The notes beneath the pieces are model-generated. The model did no database searches, was not told the origin of the DNA, and saw only the letters and a list, made by a program, of their open reading frames with translations. Both the position numbers and the translations under genes were made by a program. A stretch of DNA of 63,788 bases, filler included, from Candidatus Rokuibacteriota bacterium (GTDB taxonomy: Bacteria > JAUVQV01 > DATDCY01), in NCBI GenBank assembly GCA_031406795.1. It is 5 parts of 5 records of this genome, joined end to end, with 100 filler letters (N's around TTAATTAATTAA, not from the genome) between each part and the next. Parts side by side here need not be neighbours in the genome. Positions count along the whole stretch, not along the records: positions 35,698 to 63,788 come from JANOHV010000091.1; 4 more parts are not named here. One strand, 5' to 3'. Positions 36,757 through 46,197 of the stretch are shown here, one piece after another (position 1 is the stretch's first letter; each line of letters begins with the position of its first letter).

Positions 36757-36791
36757 CGGCGCACAGTGTGCCGCGGCAAAGGTCTTTTTTT
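36746..36791 (+). terminator. Intrinsic terminator overlapping the aptamer 3' strand (expression platform)
   Basis: GACCTTTGTTGCGGCGCAC / GTGTGCCGCGGCAAAGGTC followed by T7. Confidence 0.85.
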
Positions 36792-36852
36792 GTTGGTGGG
36801 GGAGGCGAGATGATGGCCGCCGGCCAATGAACCGCAACCGGAAAGGAACCTC

Positions 36853-39582
36853 ATGACACGCACGAAAGGCCCGCTCGCCCGACCGCTCCTGGTGGTCCTG
36901 GGTGTTCTGGCATTCACCTTCGGGCCGAAGCTGGTGTCGTTCTACGTCGACTGGCTCTGGTTCGGGAGCGTCGATCTCGCGCAGGTCTTCGCCACGAGTT
37001 TCAAGGCGCAGGTCTTCTGGACGCTGGTGGGCGGTCTGCTCGGCGGTCTCGTGGTCTACGCCAGCCACCTGGCGCTGGTGCGGGCCACCCGGGGTCGCGT
37101 CCTCAGTGTTTCCATCGAGAACAGCGCCGCCTTGCAGCTGGATACGCCGGGGCGCCTCGACCGGATCGCCCTCGCGGCGCCGGTGCTGGCGGCGTTCCTC
37201 TCCGGCTCCCTGTTCGCGGGCAACTGGCGCACGTTCCTCTTCCAGGCCAACGCCACGGCATTCGGGTCCGCGGATCCGGTCTTCGGCCGGGACATCGCGT
37301 TCTACGTCTTCACCCTGCCGGCGCTCGAAATAGTCGGCTCGGCCCTGCTGCTGTCCTTCGGGATTGCGCTGCTCGCCGCGACGGCCATGTATTTCCTCAA
37401 GGGGGCGGTGCACCTCACCAGCCACGGCGTTGCCGCGGAGCGGGCGGCCTCGGTGCATCTCTCCGTGCTCGGTTCTCTGCTCTTTCTCGCACTGGCGCTC
37501 AACACCTTCGTCGGCATGCACGCCGTTCTCTACTCGACGCAGGGCCTCGTCGCCGGCGCGACCTACACCGACGTCAACGCGCGCCTGCCCCTGATGAACC
37601 CGCAGATCGCCCTCGCCGTCGTTGCCGCGGCGCTGATCCTGGCCAACATCTTCGTGCGGCGCAAACTGCTCGTCATCGCGGGGATCGGCGCCTACGTCGT
37701 CGTCGCCGTGGTCGGCGGCACCGTCTACCCGGCGCTGCTGCACAAGTTCGTGGTGGCGCCCAACGAACTGGTCAAGGAGACGCCCTACATCCTGCGGAAC
37801 ATCGCCGCGACCCGCAAGGGCTTCGGCCTGGACGCCATCGAGGAGCGCAACATCTCGGGACAGACCGGCCTGAGCCGGGAGGACGTGGCAAAAAACGGCG
37901 CGACCATCAGCAACATCCGTCTCTGGGACCACCGGCCGCTGCTCGACACCTTCAGCCAGGTGCAGGAGATCCGCACCTACTATGACTTCACCACGGTGAG
38001 CAACGACCGCTATCTGATCAACGGCGAGTACCGGCAGACGATGCTCTCGCCGCGCGAGCTCTCCAGCGACAGCATCCCGACGAAGAACTGGATCAACGAG
38101 ACGCTGACCTTCACCCACGGCTACGGGTTGACGCTCGGGCCGGTCACCCAGGTGACGCCGGAGGGGCTGCCGGTGCTGCTCGTGAAGGACATCCCGCCGG
38201 TCTCCACCGCCGCGGAGATCAAGATCACCCGGCCCGAGATCTACTACGGGAAGCTCTCGAGCAGCCACGTCATCGTCAACACGAAATCGAAGGAGTTCGA
38301 CTACCCGGCGGGCGAGGACAACGTCTTCACGGAATACGCCGGCGCCGGTGGCGTGAAGATCGACTCGCTGCTGAAGAAGCTGGCGTTCACGGTGCACTTC
38401 GGCTCGATGAAACTGTTGCTCTCGAACGACATCACCGCTTCGAGCCGGGTGCTCTATCACCGGAACATCGCCGGGCGGATCGGGAAGGTCTTCCCGTTCC
38501 TGCGTCTCGACAGCGACCCGCACATGGTGGTCGCGGACGACGGGCGCCTGGTCTGGATGTACGACGCCTACACGGTGAGCAAGCGCTATCCGTACTCGCA
38601 GCCGGTCGCCGGCGGGGTCAACTACATCCGCAACTCGGTGAAGATCACCATCGACGCCTATGACGGCAGCCTGAGGTTCTACATCGCCGACGCCGCCGAC
38701 CCGATCGCGCAGACGATCGCCAGGGCGTTCCCCGGCGTGCTTCGCCCCCTCGCGGAAATGCCCGAGGACCTGCGGCGACACCTGCGCTACCCGCTGGACA
38801 TCTTCGGGGTGCAGACGGCCGTCTACTCGACCTACCACATGGAGGACCCGCAGAGCTTCTACAACCGCGAGGACCAGTGGGAGATCCCGGTCATGGGCGC
38901 CGAGGGCCGGCGCGAGCAGATGGAGCCCTACTACACGATCATGAAGCTGCCGGGGGAGAAGAAGGAGGAGTTCATCCTGATGACCCCCTTCAACCCGAAG
39001 AAGAAGGACAACCTCTCGGCCTGGATGGCGGCGCGCAGCGACGGGGAGCACTACGGCAAGATGATCGTTTACCGCTTCCCGAAGGACCGGCTGGTCTACG
39101 GACCCAAGCAGATCGTCGCGCGGATCAACCAGGACACCGAGATCTCGCGGCAGGTTTCGCTCTGGGACCAGCGCGGCTCACAGGTCATGCAGGGGACGCT
39201 GCTCGTGATCCCGGTCGAGAACTCGCTGCTCTACATCCAGCCGCTGTACCTGCGCGCCGAGACCGGCAAGATCCCGGAGCTCAAGCGGGTGATCGTGGCC
39301 TACGAGAACAAGATCGCCATGGAGGAGACGCTGGAGCGGGCGCTCGCGCGGATCTTCGGCGAGGGCGCCGGCGCCGAACGGACTGCGGTGGAGGCGGGAT
39401 TCGCCGCTACGGGCAGCGCGGCCCCGGGCGCCGCGGTCCGGCTGCCGGCCGCGGCGGGCGATCTTGCGGCCCGCGCGCAGGAGCACTACGAGCGGGCGAT
39501 CAAGGCCCAGCGCGACGGCAACTGGGCGCTCTACGGCGAGGAGATCGAGCGGCTTGGGGAGATCATCGGGAAGATGCGCTGA
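36853..39582 (+). CDS. UPF0182 (COG1615) family membrane protein
   Basis: YVDWLWF, DPVFGRDIAFYVF.LP, GATYTDVNARLP, NIRLWD.RPL, FTHGYG, PEIYYG, NYIRNSVK..IDAYDG, IPELKRVIV. Confidence 0.95.
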   Translation: MTRTKGPLARPLLVVLGVLAFTFGPKLVSFYVDWLWFGSVDLAQVFATSFKAQVFWTLVGGLLGGLVVYASHLALVRATRGRVLSVSIENSAALQLDTPGRLDRIALAAPVLAAFLSGSLFAGNWRTFLFQANATAFGSADPVFGRDIAFYVFTLPALEIVGSALLLSFGIALLAATAMYFLKGAVHLTSHGVAAERAASVHLSVLGSLLFLALALNTFVGMHAVLYSTQGLVAGATYTDVNARLPLMNPQIALAVVAAALILANIFVRRKLLVIAGIGAYVVVAVVGGTVYPALLHKFVVAPNELVKETPYILRNIAATRKGFGLDAIEERNISGQTGLSREDVAKNGATISNIRLWDHRPLLDTFSQVQEIRTYYDFTTVSNDRYLINGEYRQTMLSPRELSSDSIPTKNWINETLTFTHGYGLTLGPVTQVTPEGLPVLLVKDIPPVSTAAEIKITRPEIYYGKLSSSHVIVNTKSKEFDYPAGEDNVFTEYAGAGGVKIDSLLKKLAFTVHFGSMKLLLSNDITASSRVLYHRNIAGRIGKVFPFLRLDSDPHMVVADDGRLVWMYDAYTVSKRYPYSQPVAGGVNYIRNSVKITIDAYDGSLRFYIADAADPIAQTIARAFPGVLRPLAEMPEDLRRHLRYPLDIFGVQTAVYSTYHMEDPQSFYNREDQWEIPVMGAEGRREQMEPYYTIMKLPGEKKEEFILMTPFNPKKKDNLSAWMAARSDGEHYGKMIVYRFPKDRLVYGPKQIVARINQDTEISRQVSLWDQRGSQVMQGTLLVIPVENSLLYIQPLYLRAETGKIPELKRVIVAYENKIAMEETLERALARIFGEGAGAERTAVEAGFAATGSAAPGAAVRLPAAAGDLAARAQEHYERAIKAQRDGNWALYGEEIERLGEIIGKMR

Positions 39583-39639
39583 GGCCCGTTCGCCGCCGCT
39601 TCTTCAGCCGCCGGGCAGCAGGAGGAACGCCGGGCCTGC

Positions 39640-39826
39640 GCGGCTGATTTGTTCTTGGCTGCTTCGGCGATGGCCACCACCGCGGGATGCTTGAGCTTTT
39701 TTTCCGCGGAGATGGCATAAAACCGTTCCCGCAGTGAATCGATAATCTGCCGACCCAGGAGAAAAATCTCTTCCGCGTACCGGTACACGACGTGGCCGGC
39801 ATCGGTCAAGACGAGCTCCTGTCCAT
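39640..39826 (-). pseudogene. nhaR: nhaR relic with two large internal deletions
   Basis: Three spliced segments matching 52210-53109: start, LVLTDAGHVVYRYAEEIFLLGR.I.DSLR, and ERFYAIS.EKKL.HPAVVAIAEAAKN. Confidence 0.88.
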
Positions 39827-39963
39827 CTCGTCATCGTTCACTTTATTCAAACAGTCAAATGCAGATTAGGAAATGGACCGAAAGGTGTGCATCCGCTATG
39901 TTCCTCGCGGATGGATACGACACGTCGGCGATCGACACCGCGCGGGTTTGAGGTAATCACGGC

Positions 39964-40296
39964 ATGAGGATACTCGTTCGGCATCCCGCCGGTGATGCAG
40001 ACGGCAGACTGGCGTCACATGCCGAAAAGCTTCTGCGACGGGTGCTCGATCGTTACTGCCTGTCGATCTCTCTTGTCCAGGTGAAGCTGAACACCTCGGC
40101 GGACGCCGAAGGGGCGCTCAATTCGCGGTGCCGGCTGGCGGTCAAGCTGCTTTCCGGCGATGCGGTCCGGGCTGAAGCATCCGACCGCGAAGCTGTGCTG
40201 GCTCTGTACCGCGCCACGGACAGGGTGGCATTTCTTCTGTGGCAACGCCTCAAGTCCTCGAATAGCCGGTGCAGCAGCGAACGCGTAGCGGACTGA
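39964..40296 (+). CDS. HPF/RaiA-like ribosome-associated family protein
   Basis: LASHAEKLLRRVLDRY...I..VQVKL...RCRLAVKL...VRAEA.D....ALYRATDRV; typical neighbour divergent from nhaR. Confidence 0.7.
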   Translation: MRILVRHPAGDADGRLASHAEKLLRRVLDRYCLSISLVQVKLNTSADAEGALNSRCRLAVKLLSGDAVRAEASDREAVLALYRATDRVAFLLWQRLKSSNSRCSSERVAD

Positions 40297-40314
40297 GAAG
40301 GAGGCGGTGCGGTT

Positions 40315-41775
40315 ATGATGATTCCCCGGGTCATGTCCACGCAACACCCGGACAATGTTCAGTCTCCGTTCTTCGCGGGGAGCCATGACATGTCGGGGGA
40401 CGATGAAATCCAGGAGGCGTACTATGCCTTCTCGCACCTGGGCTGCGACGAGCAGCTGTGGGACTGCGAAGGCAAGGAAGTCGACGATTTCGTCGTGAGG
40501 AAACTCCTGACGAAATACGAGCATTTCTTCAAGACCACGCGGCTGGGCAAGGACGTGCGGCTCACCCTGCGGCTGCCGAACCCCGATGTGGAAAAGAACG
40601 AGGCCAAGGTCTTCGTCGAGACACTCGAGAGCATCCCCCGGTCCTGCGACGCGGCCAGCCTGTTCTACGAGTGCGTATCACCGCCGATCCATGAAGTCAT
40701 CCTGCCCATGACCATGTCCGTCGAAAGCCTGAACAGGGTCTACTACTATTACAAAAATTTCGTCGTCGGAAAGCAGAACCAGCCGTTCTACCCGGGCGAC
40801 ATCACCATTGCCGAATGGATCGGCGAGTTCAAACCCGGGTCGATCAGCGTGATCCCGCTTTTCGAAGACAAGGAGCACATGCTTGAGGCCCACACGATCA
40901 TGCGGGCCTACCTCGACGGCAAGCAGATCGAACACCAGAGGGTATTCCTCGCACGCTCCGATCCGGCAATGAACTACGGCATGGTGAGCGCCATCCTGTG
41001 CAACAAGATCGCGCTCCAACGGCTCAGACTCCTTTCCGAGGAAACAGGGGTTCAGATCTATCCCATTCTCGGCGCCGGCTCCGCGCCCTTTCGCGGGCAT
41101 CTGGCTCCGGACACCGTGGACAAGGTCATGGAGGAATATCCGGATGTCCAGACTTTTACCGTCCAGTCGGCATTCAAGTACGACCATCCAGTCGCGTCCG
41201 TAATCGCTGCCATCAACAAAATCAAGACCACCGGGATGATGCGGGGCTACGACATCGACGAGGGAAGGTGCCTGGAGGTCATTGACAAGGTGTCGGTGGA
41301 GTACCGGAGAATCATTGAACATCTGGCGCCGCTCATCAATCATGTCGCCGCGTTCGTTCCCCGCCGGCGGATGCGCAAACTTCACGTCGGTCTCTTCGGC
41401 TACGCGCGGTGTATCGGGAAAACCGCGCTTCCGCGGGTGATCAGCTTTTGTGCCGCGTGCTATTCCCTGGGCCTGCCCCCCGAGGTCCTGGGGTTGAACG
41501 CGCTGTCGCAGGACGATCTGCGGTGCATGAGGGACATGCACGTGAACTTCCCGTTCGACATGCAGACGGCAATGTCGTACTTCAACGAGGACGTGCTCAC
41601 GATTCTGCCAAGCGAGGTGAAGGCGTCGTTGGCGCTGGACTGGGGTCCTTGTGAGATCAACCAGGCACACAAGGCCATCACTTCGAGGATCATCGATGCC
41701 GTCAAGAACAAGGACAGTGCGAATATGCAGAACATGCTCGTCGAGGCCGCACATATCCGGAAATTCCTTGGATAA
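40315..41775 (+). CDS. ppcA: Archaeal-type phosphoenolpyruvate carboxylase
   Basis: IPRVMSTQHPDN, WDCEGK, EVILPMT, VIPLFE, RVFLARSDPAMNYG, GAGSAPFRG, TVQSAFKYD, RKLHVGLFGYAR, LPRVISF. Confidence 0.95.
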   Translation: MMIPRVMSTQHPDNVQSPFFAGSHDMSGDDEIQEAYYAFSHLGCDEQLWDCEGKEVDDFVVRKLLTKYEHFFKTTRLGKDVRLTLRLPNPDVEKNEAKVFVETLESIPRSCDAASLFYECVSPPIHEVILPMTMSVESLNRVYYYYKNFVVGKQNQPFYPGDITIAEWIGEFKPGSISVIPLFEDKEHMLEAHTIMRAYLDGKQIEHQRVFLARSDPAMNYGMVSAILCNKIALQRLRLLSEETGVQIYPILGAGSAPFRGHLAPDTVDKVMEEYPDVQTFTVQSAFKYDHPVASVIAAINKIKTTGMMRGYDIDEGRCLEVIDKVSVEYRRIIEHLAPLINHVAAFVPRRRMRKLHVGLFGYARCIGKTALPRVISFCAACYSLGLPPEVLGLNALSQDDLRCMRDMHVNFPFDMQTAMSYFNEDVLTILPSEVKASLALDWGPCEINQAHKAITSRIIDAVKNKDSANMQNMLVEAAHIRKFLG

Positions 41776-41793
41776 CGACTGGAGGATGCGTTC

Positions 41794-42294
41794 ATGAATC
41801 AGCCGTTGGTGGGTATTTTGATGGGAAGCGACAGCGACCTGTCGGTGATGGAAAAGGCCGCTGAAGTGTTGAAGCAGATGGGGGTGCCTTTTGAAATGGA
41901 CATCAGTTCGGCCCACCGGCTGCCGGACAAGACCGCTGAATATGCCAAAGCAGCGCGGCAGTCCGGCATCGAAGTGCTGATCTGCGGCGCGGGTATGGCT
42001 GCACACCTGGCGGGTGTCGTCGCGGCCAACACGACGCTGCCGGTGATCGGCGTCCCTCTGAAGTCCGGCGCGCTCAACGGTGTCGACGCGCTGTATTCCA
42101 CGGTCATGATGCCCCCGGGAATCCCCGTAGCCACGGTCGCCGTGGACGGCGCGAAAAACGCCGCCTACCTCGCGTGCTCCATCCTGTCCATCAAGCACCT
42201 CGAACTCGCCGAAAAGCTGGAGGAGTTTCGGGAAAAAACACGGCAGGTGCTTCTGGAGAAATCCCGCGAGATGAAAGCGAGGACCGGCCGATGA
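41794..42294 (+). CDS. purE: N5-CAIR mutase / AIR carboxylase
   Basis: VGILMGSDSD, SAHRLP, GAGMAAHLAGVVA, PVIGVP, MPPGIPVATV. Confidence 0.96.
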   Translation: MNQPLVGILMGSDSDLSVMEKAAEVLKQMGVPFEMDISSAHRLPDKTAEYAKAARQSGIEVLICGAGMAAHLAGVVAANTTLPVIGVPLKSGALNGVDALYSTVMMPPGIPVATVAVDGAKNAAYLACSILSIKHLELAEKLEEFREKTRQVLLEKSREMKARTGR

Positions 42295-42333
42295 ACCGTC
42301 TGCGGGGCAGCAAGCTGAGGGGGCGGTAATCTC

Positions 42334-42957
42334 GTGGAACGGCTGTACAAAGGCATTCACAAGTTCCAATCGGCGCACTTCAAGCGCCAGGAGGGATTCT
42401 TCCGGAGTCTGTCGACGCATCAGACGCCCGAGGTATTGTTCATTACCTGCGCGGACTCTCGGGTGGACCCCAATCTGGTGACCCAGAGCAGACCGGGGGA
42501 CCTGTTCATCGTGCGGAACGTCGGGAACATCGTGCCGCCCCACAACGCCATCCGTGACAAGAACAGCGTGGCCGCGGCGCTGGAGTTCGCGGTGCTGGAG
42601 CTGAAAGTGGCGGACATCATCGTCTGCGGCCACTCGAACTGCGGCGCCATGCGGCTGCTCCGCCGGGACGCCGCCGCGTTTCTGGGCATGCCGCATCTTC
42701 AAGAGTGGGTGCAGCTCGCCGAGCCCGTCAGGCTCATTGTCGAACGGTACTACGACGGGGCGACGGAAGGGCAGAAAGAGCGGATCACGGAGAAGGAAAA
42801 CGTACTCGAGCAGCTCAGAAACCTCGAAACTTATCCTTTTGTCGAGAAGGCACTGACAGCCGGAACCCTGCGGCTGCATGGTTGGTACTACGACATCGGC
42901 ACCGGAATAATATTTTCGTACAACCCCGGGAACGATGAATTCGAGGCGATCTCGTGA
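42334..42957 (+). CDS. can: Beta-class carbonic anhydrase
   Basis: ITCADSRV, GDLFIVRNVGN, VCGHSNCGAM, LHGWYYDI.TG. Confidence 0.95.
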   Translation: MERLYKGIHKFQSAHFKRQEGFFRSLSTHQTPEVLFITCADSRVDPNLVTQSRPGDLFIVRNVGNIVPPHNAIRDKNSVAAALEFAVLELKVADIIVCGHSNCGAMRLLRRDAAAFLGMPHLQEWVQLAEPVRLIVERYYDGATEGQKERITEKENVLEQLRNLETYPFVEKALTAGTLRLHGWYYDIGTGIIFSYNPGNDEFEAIS

Positions 42958-42987
42958 GAGCTGCCCGACAAGGGTCTTTTTTCTATC

Positions 42988-43947
42988 ATGAAGCTTGACG
43001 CGCATCGTTCGGCAGCGGCGGGCTCGACTCTGCTCTCCTTGGTCACCGTTGTCACGCTGGTTGTCTATAGTGGGGAGTATTCCCGGGCGATGGCCGCCGA
43101 CGTCTCCGGTTCGCCGGCACCTGATCGCGAGATAGCGATCGCCCTGCTTCCCGAACGTAATGTCTTCGAACAAAAGAAACGCTATCAACCTCTGGAGAGA
43201 TACCTCACCGTCGCAATTGGGAGCCAGGTAACCTTCAAACTCCTCGACAGCTACCAAGCGATCTTCGCAGAAATCCTCGACCACCGCGTCGATGGGGCAT
43301 TCTTCGGCAGCATGAACGGCGCTATTGCCCAGACTAAGGTCGGTGTCGAGATTCTGGCGCGACCGGTGGAACTTAGCGGAGTGTCAACCTATACCGGGTA
43401 CATCTTCACCAGGATCAACAGCGGCATCACCAAGGACCCCGCGACCTGGAAGGGCAAAAGCGTGGCTTTCGTGAACAAGGTCACTACGGCAGGATACCTT
43501 TACCCGCTGGCCTTGCTGCGTCTCGCGGGGTACGCCGGCGAGCCGGAGAAGTACTTCAAGAAGATCACCTTCTCCGGGAGCCACGATGCAGCGATCCTCG
43601 CGGTTTTCAACGGGGAAGCGGACCTCGGGGCCTGCAAGAACACCATCTACGACGAGTACATCAAACACCACCCCGAGGTTCAACGTAACATCGCGGTTCT
43701 CGCGGTATCCGCCGAGGTCCCCTCCAACGTGCTCGGCGTGCACCCCGACCTCGACCCAGAGGTGAAGCGACGCCTGCGAGAGGCGATGCTGGCCATGAAT
43801 TCCAACGAAGCCGGGCAACGAGTGCTGCGCCAGTTTCAGGCCCAGCGTTTCGTAGCGACCACACTGAAGGACTACGACCCGGTCTTCACGATGGCCCGGC
43901 AGGCCGGAATCGACCTCGCGACGTGGCCGTTGCGGGACACCCCCTGA
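42988..43947 (+). CDS. Phosphate/phosphite/phosphonate-type (PhnD-like) substrate-binding protein, orphan
   Basis: YQPLERYL, KGKSVAFV...TTAGYLYP, FSGSHDAAILAVFNGEADLGA; no ABC or kinase partner adjacent. Confidence 0.85.
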   Translation: MKLDAHRSAAAGSTLLSLVTVVTLVVYSGEYSRAMAADVSGSPAPDREIAIALLPERNVFEQKKRYQPLERYLTVAIGSQVTFKLLDSYQAIFAEILDHRVDGAFFGSMNGAIAQTKVGVEILARPVELSGVSTYTGYIFTRINSGITKDPATWKGKSVAFVNKVTTAGYLYPLALLRLAGYAGEPEKYFKKITFSGSHDAAILAVFNGEADLGACKNTIYDEYIKHHPEVQRNIAVLAVSAEVPSNVLGVHPDLDPEVKRRLREAMLAMNSNEAGQRVLRQFQAQRFVATTLKDYDPVFTMARQAGIDLATWPLRDTP

Positions 43948-43994
43948 TGGCCCAGACGAAAGGGACAACCGCCAACAAGTACCCCGCCGATTGT

Positions 43995-44049
43995 GTCAGT
44001 CGCCAAATCGGATTATTCGCGGCAATAATCCGATTGCTCTGCGACTGAC
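43995..44049. repeat. Long imperfect hairpin
   Basis: GTCAGTCGC/GCGACTGAC outer stem and AATCGGATTATT/AATAATCCGATT inner stem. Confidence 0.6.
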
Positions 44050-44274
44050 GCCGGCTCGCAAGTCGTGGTGATGCCCCCGCGATTTGTGCTCCCGACCGTT
44101 CTGAGGAACGTGGTCATTTTTAGCCCCGTAATCGAAATGTCGTTACCGTACTCGGATGGCCGCATTGAAGACGGGATGGGGGGCGGGGTCAAAGCGGCAG
44201 CGGTTGTGGCCTCAGATGCGCACTAGAGCGGTCTGGCGAACTTCTATGTCCCGGGTACATGTGGTCGGGCACTT

Positions 44275-44447
44275 TGAATGCCGTGGGTGAAGGTTGTCGG
44301 TAAGCCGTATGAGGGAAACCTCAGGTACGGTTTGAAGCGGCGGGGGCTGGAGACGGGCCAACGGCGATGGCTACACGGGCACGAAGCTGGAAACGGCGGA
44401 CACAGCCAAGCCGAAGCCTACGGGGTACCGCGCCACCTCGACCCTAC
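44275..44447 (+). mobile_element. Group II intron 3' fragment (domains V-VI)
   Basis: DV AAGCCGTATGAGGGAAACCTCAGGTACGGTTT (AGC triad, GAAA loop), long DVI GGGGCTGG...CGCCACCTCGACCCTAC; no RT. Confidence 0.8.
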
Positions 44448-44559
44448 CAAACTTTCCCCGGGCCTCTGTTCCCTACGCCCTCGCCAACTACGGCGGCCCT
44501 CCGCACTCCCGTCCGGCCCCCAGGGGCCTCCCTGTCAGTGTAGAGGCGCTCCGGCATCT

Positions 44560-44979
44560 CTAAGGCACTGGCGCTGAAGGAGTCCCACGTTGTTTCGTCA
44601 AGAGATAATATCCGATTGAGAGGGCGACAATGATGGCCCCTATTCCTATTAAGGTGAGGCTTGAAACCTCCTTGATGTCCAGAATGATGACCTTCCTGGC
44701 TATAGCAATCATGGCGACCGTGAACACCACTTCAACATGCACCGTCTTGTTGGAGAGATACATTTTCACGGTCTCCAGTAACTCTACCCCTATCAACACC
44801 AACAAGAACATGCCAAATATGTCCAACAACTCATTGATGTCGAGCAGAAACACAGGAGGAGTGATAATGTCTTTAATGATAATCCATCCCAATTCCACCG
44901 TTGAAAGAATTACAACCGACACCATCATGACCAGGAGCGACAAGACCAGCAGTCTTTCAATCTTTTCAAGATATTTCAT
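44560..44979 (-). CDS. PsiE-family membrane protein
   Basis: LLDIFGMFLLVLIGVELLETVKMY, VHVEVVF.VAMIAIARKVIILD. Confidence 0.85.
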   Translation of the reverse strand: MKYLEKIERLLVLSLLVMMVSVVILSTVELGWIIIKDIITPPVFLLDINELLDIFGMFLLVLIGVELLETVKMYLSNKTVHVEVVFTVAMIAIARKVIILDIKEVSSLTLIGIGAIIVALSIGYYLLTKQRGTPSAPVP

Positions 44980-45298
44980 CCTTGCTCCTTTGTGTCCGGA
45001 CGCGAACTTTCAAAAAGATCATGGACCCTGAAGCTGCCACCCAAATGGCAGCGATGCCCAGCATTATGTGATAGATAGCTCCACCCTCGCCCGGTCCATA
45101 CTGGATATCCACCAAAATCATATCCCAGAGCCTCAACAAGGGGGAAAAGGTCTCTTTGATCGCCTCACCGGCGCGCCGGTGAATCCCCAACAACCAATCA
45201 ACGCTGAGGAAGATACCGCTGAGCACCTGAAGGATCAGCAACGGCGCTATGACAACACCTGCTATCCGGTGCAGTTTCCTGAGATCCGGTTCTTTCAT
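44966..45298 (-). CDS. Small PepSY-associated-TM-like membrane protein
   Basis: LRKLHRIAGVVIAPLLILQVLSGI N-terminal motif; two TMs. Confidence 0.7.
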   Translation of the reverse strand: MKEPDLRKLHRIAGVVIAPLLILQVLSGIFLSVDWLLGIHRRAGEAIKETFSPLLRLWDMILVDIQYGPGEGGAIYHIMLGIAAIWVAASGSMIFLKVRVRTQRSKDEIS

Positions 45299-45338
45299 AG
45301 GGCACTTCAAGAAAATCTATACAGAGATTAACACCCGT

Positions 45339-46175
45339 TTACTGACACAAAAACAATGGGCGGTCGGCATTTCTAATGATGTGCAATGCTGTCTCCCCGA
45401 GGGCCCGTTTCACCAGCAGATTGCGAGCGCTGTTGCCCAACACGATCATGTCCGCCTGCCAGTACGTCGCTATCGGCAACAAGAAGTCCTTGGGAGACCC
45501 CGGATTCGACTCAATCTCAACAGAGAATCCATGAGCCCGGCAATACTCGGACGCATCAAACAAAAGCTGGCGGGCCTTGTCCTCCGAGCTATGGAACGTC
45601 ACGATTTTCAACTTCACGTCTGGCCACAAGCGCAACTGCACGAACCGCTTCATCGCCTTGGCCGACTCCATCGATCCGCTATAAGCGATCAGGACTTTCC
45701 GGATCGGTCGGAACACACTCGATACGGCGATGATCGGCCTCACGCCCGCGGCGATCAGCCGCGCCAGCGTATCTTTTGGCTCCTCAATCGCCATGTCGGC
45801 GATTGAAATATTATATTCGAAAATGCCGCGCAGCCCGAATATCATGAGGTCGTGGTAGCGGGCAAGGGTGATCATCAGCGCGAAAGAGACTTCTTTCTCC
45901 TCCCGCCTGACCCGGTGTTTGATCCCCTCGGCAGCGCAGGCGGACTCGAATGCACTGATTGCCTCCTCGAACCGGTCTTTGACCAGGGCGACCCGATGCA
46001 TGGCGTCAGGTATCGTTTTTCCCAGTGCAAGGCCGTCCTTTGTCAGGCGTTCCAGGTCAAGTACGGTCACTCCCGTAAGCTCGGCATCAAACCGCTTGGC
46101 AAGTTCTACGGCCCGCTTGATCGCAACTGTCGTGTACGGTGTGCCTCCTAAGCCGAGGAGTATCTTCTTGATCAT
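45339..46175 (-). CDS. Universal stress protein (tandem USP)
   Basis: MIKKILLGL, KVLIAYSGSMES.KA, ADMIVLG...LGETALHII. Confidence 0.9.
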   Translation of the reverse strand: MIKKILLGLGGTPYTTVAIKRAVELAKRFDAELTGVTVLDLERLTKDGLALGKTIPDAMHRVALVKDRFEEAISAFESACAAEGIKHRVRREEKEVSFALMITLARYHDLMIFGLRGIFEYNISIADMAIEEPKDTLARLIAAGVRPIIAVSSVFRPIRKVLIAYSGSMESAKAMKRFVQLRLWPDVKLKIVTFHSSEDKARQLLFDASEYCRAHGFSVEIESNPGSPKDFLLPIATYWQADMIVLGNSARNLLVKRALGETALHIIRNADRPLFLCQ

Positions 46176-46197
46176 TCTTCTGTCCTCCCTGATTTCT

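Noticed and set aside
36691-43284. 786-aa and 868-aa minus-strand ORFs
   Set aside because: Antisense to UPF0182 and to ppcA-purE-can, which carry clear family motifs.
44105-44150. Possible IS terminal repeat (TCATTTTTAGCCCC...GAAATGTC)
   Set aside because: No partner end or transposase; the resemblance is too weak.
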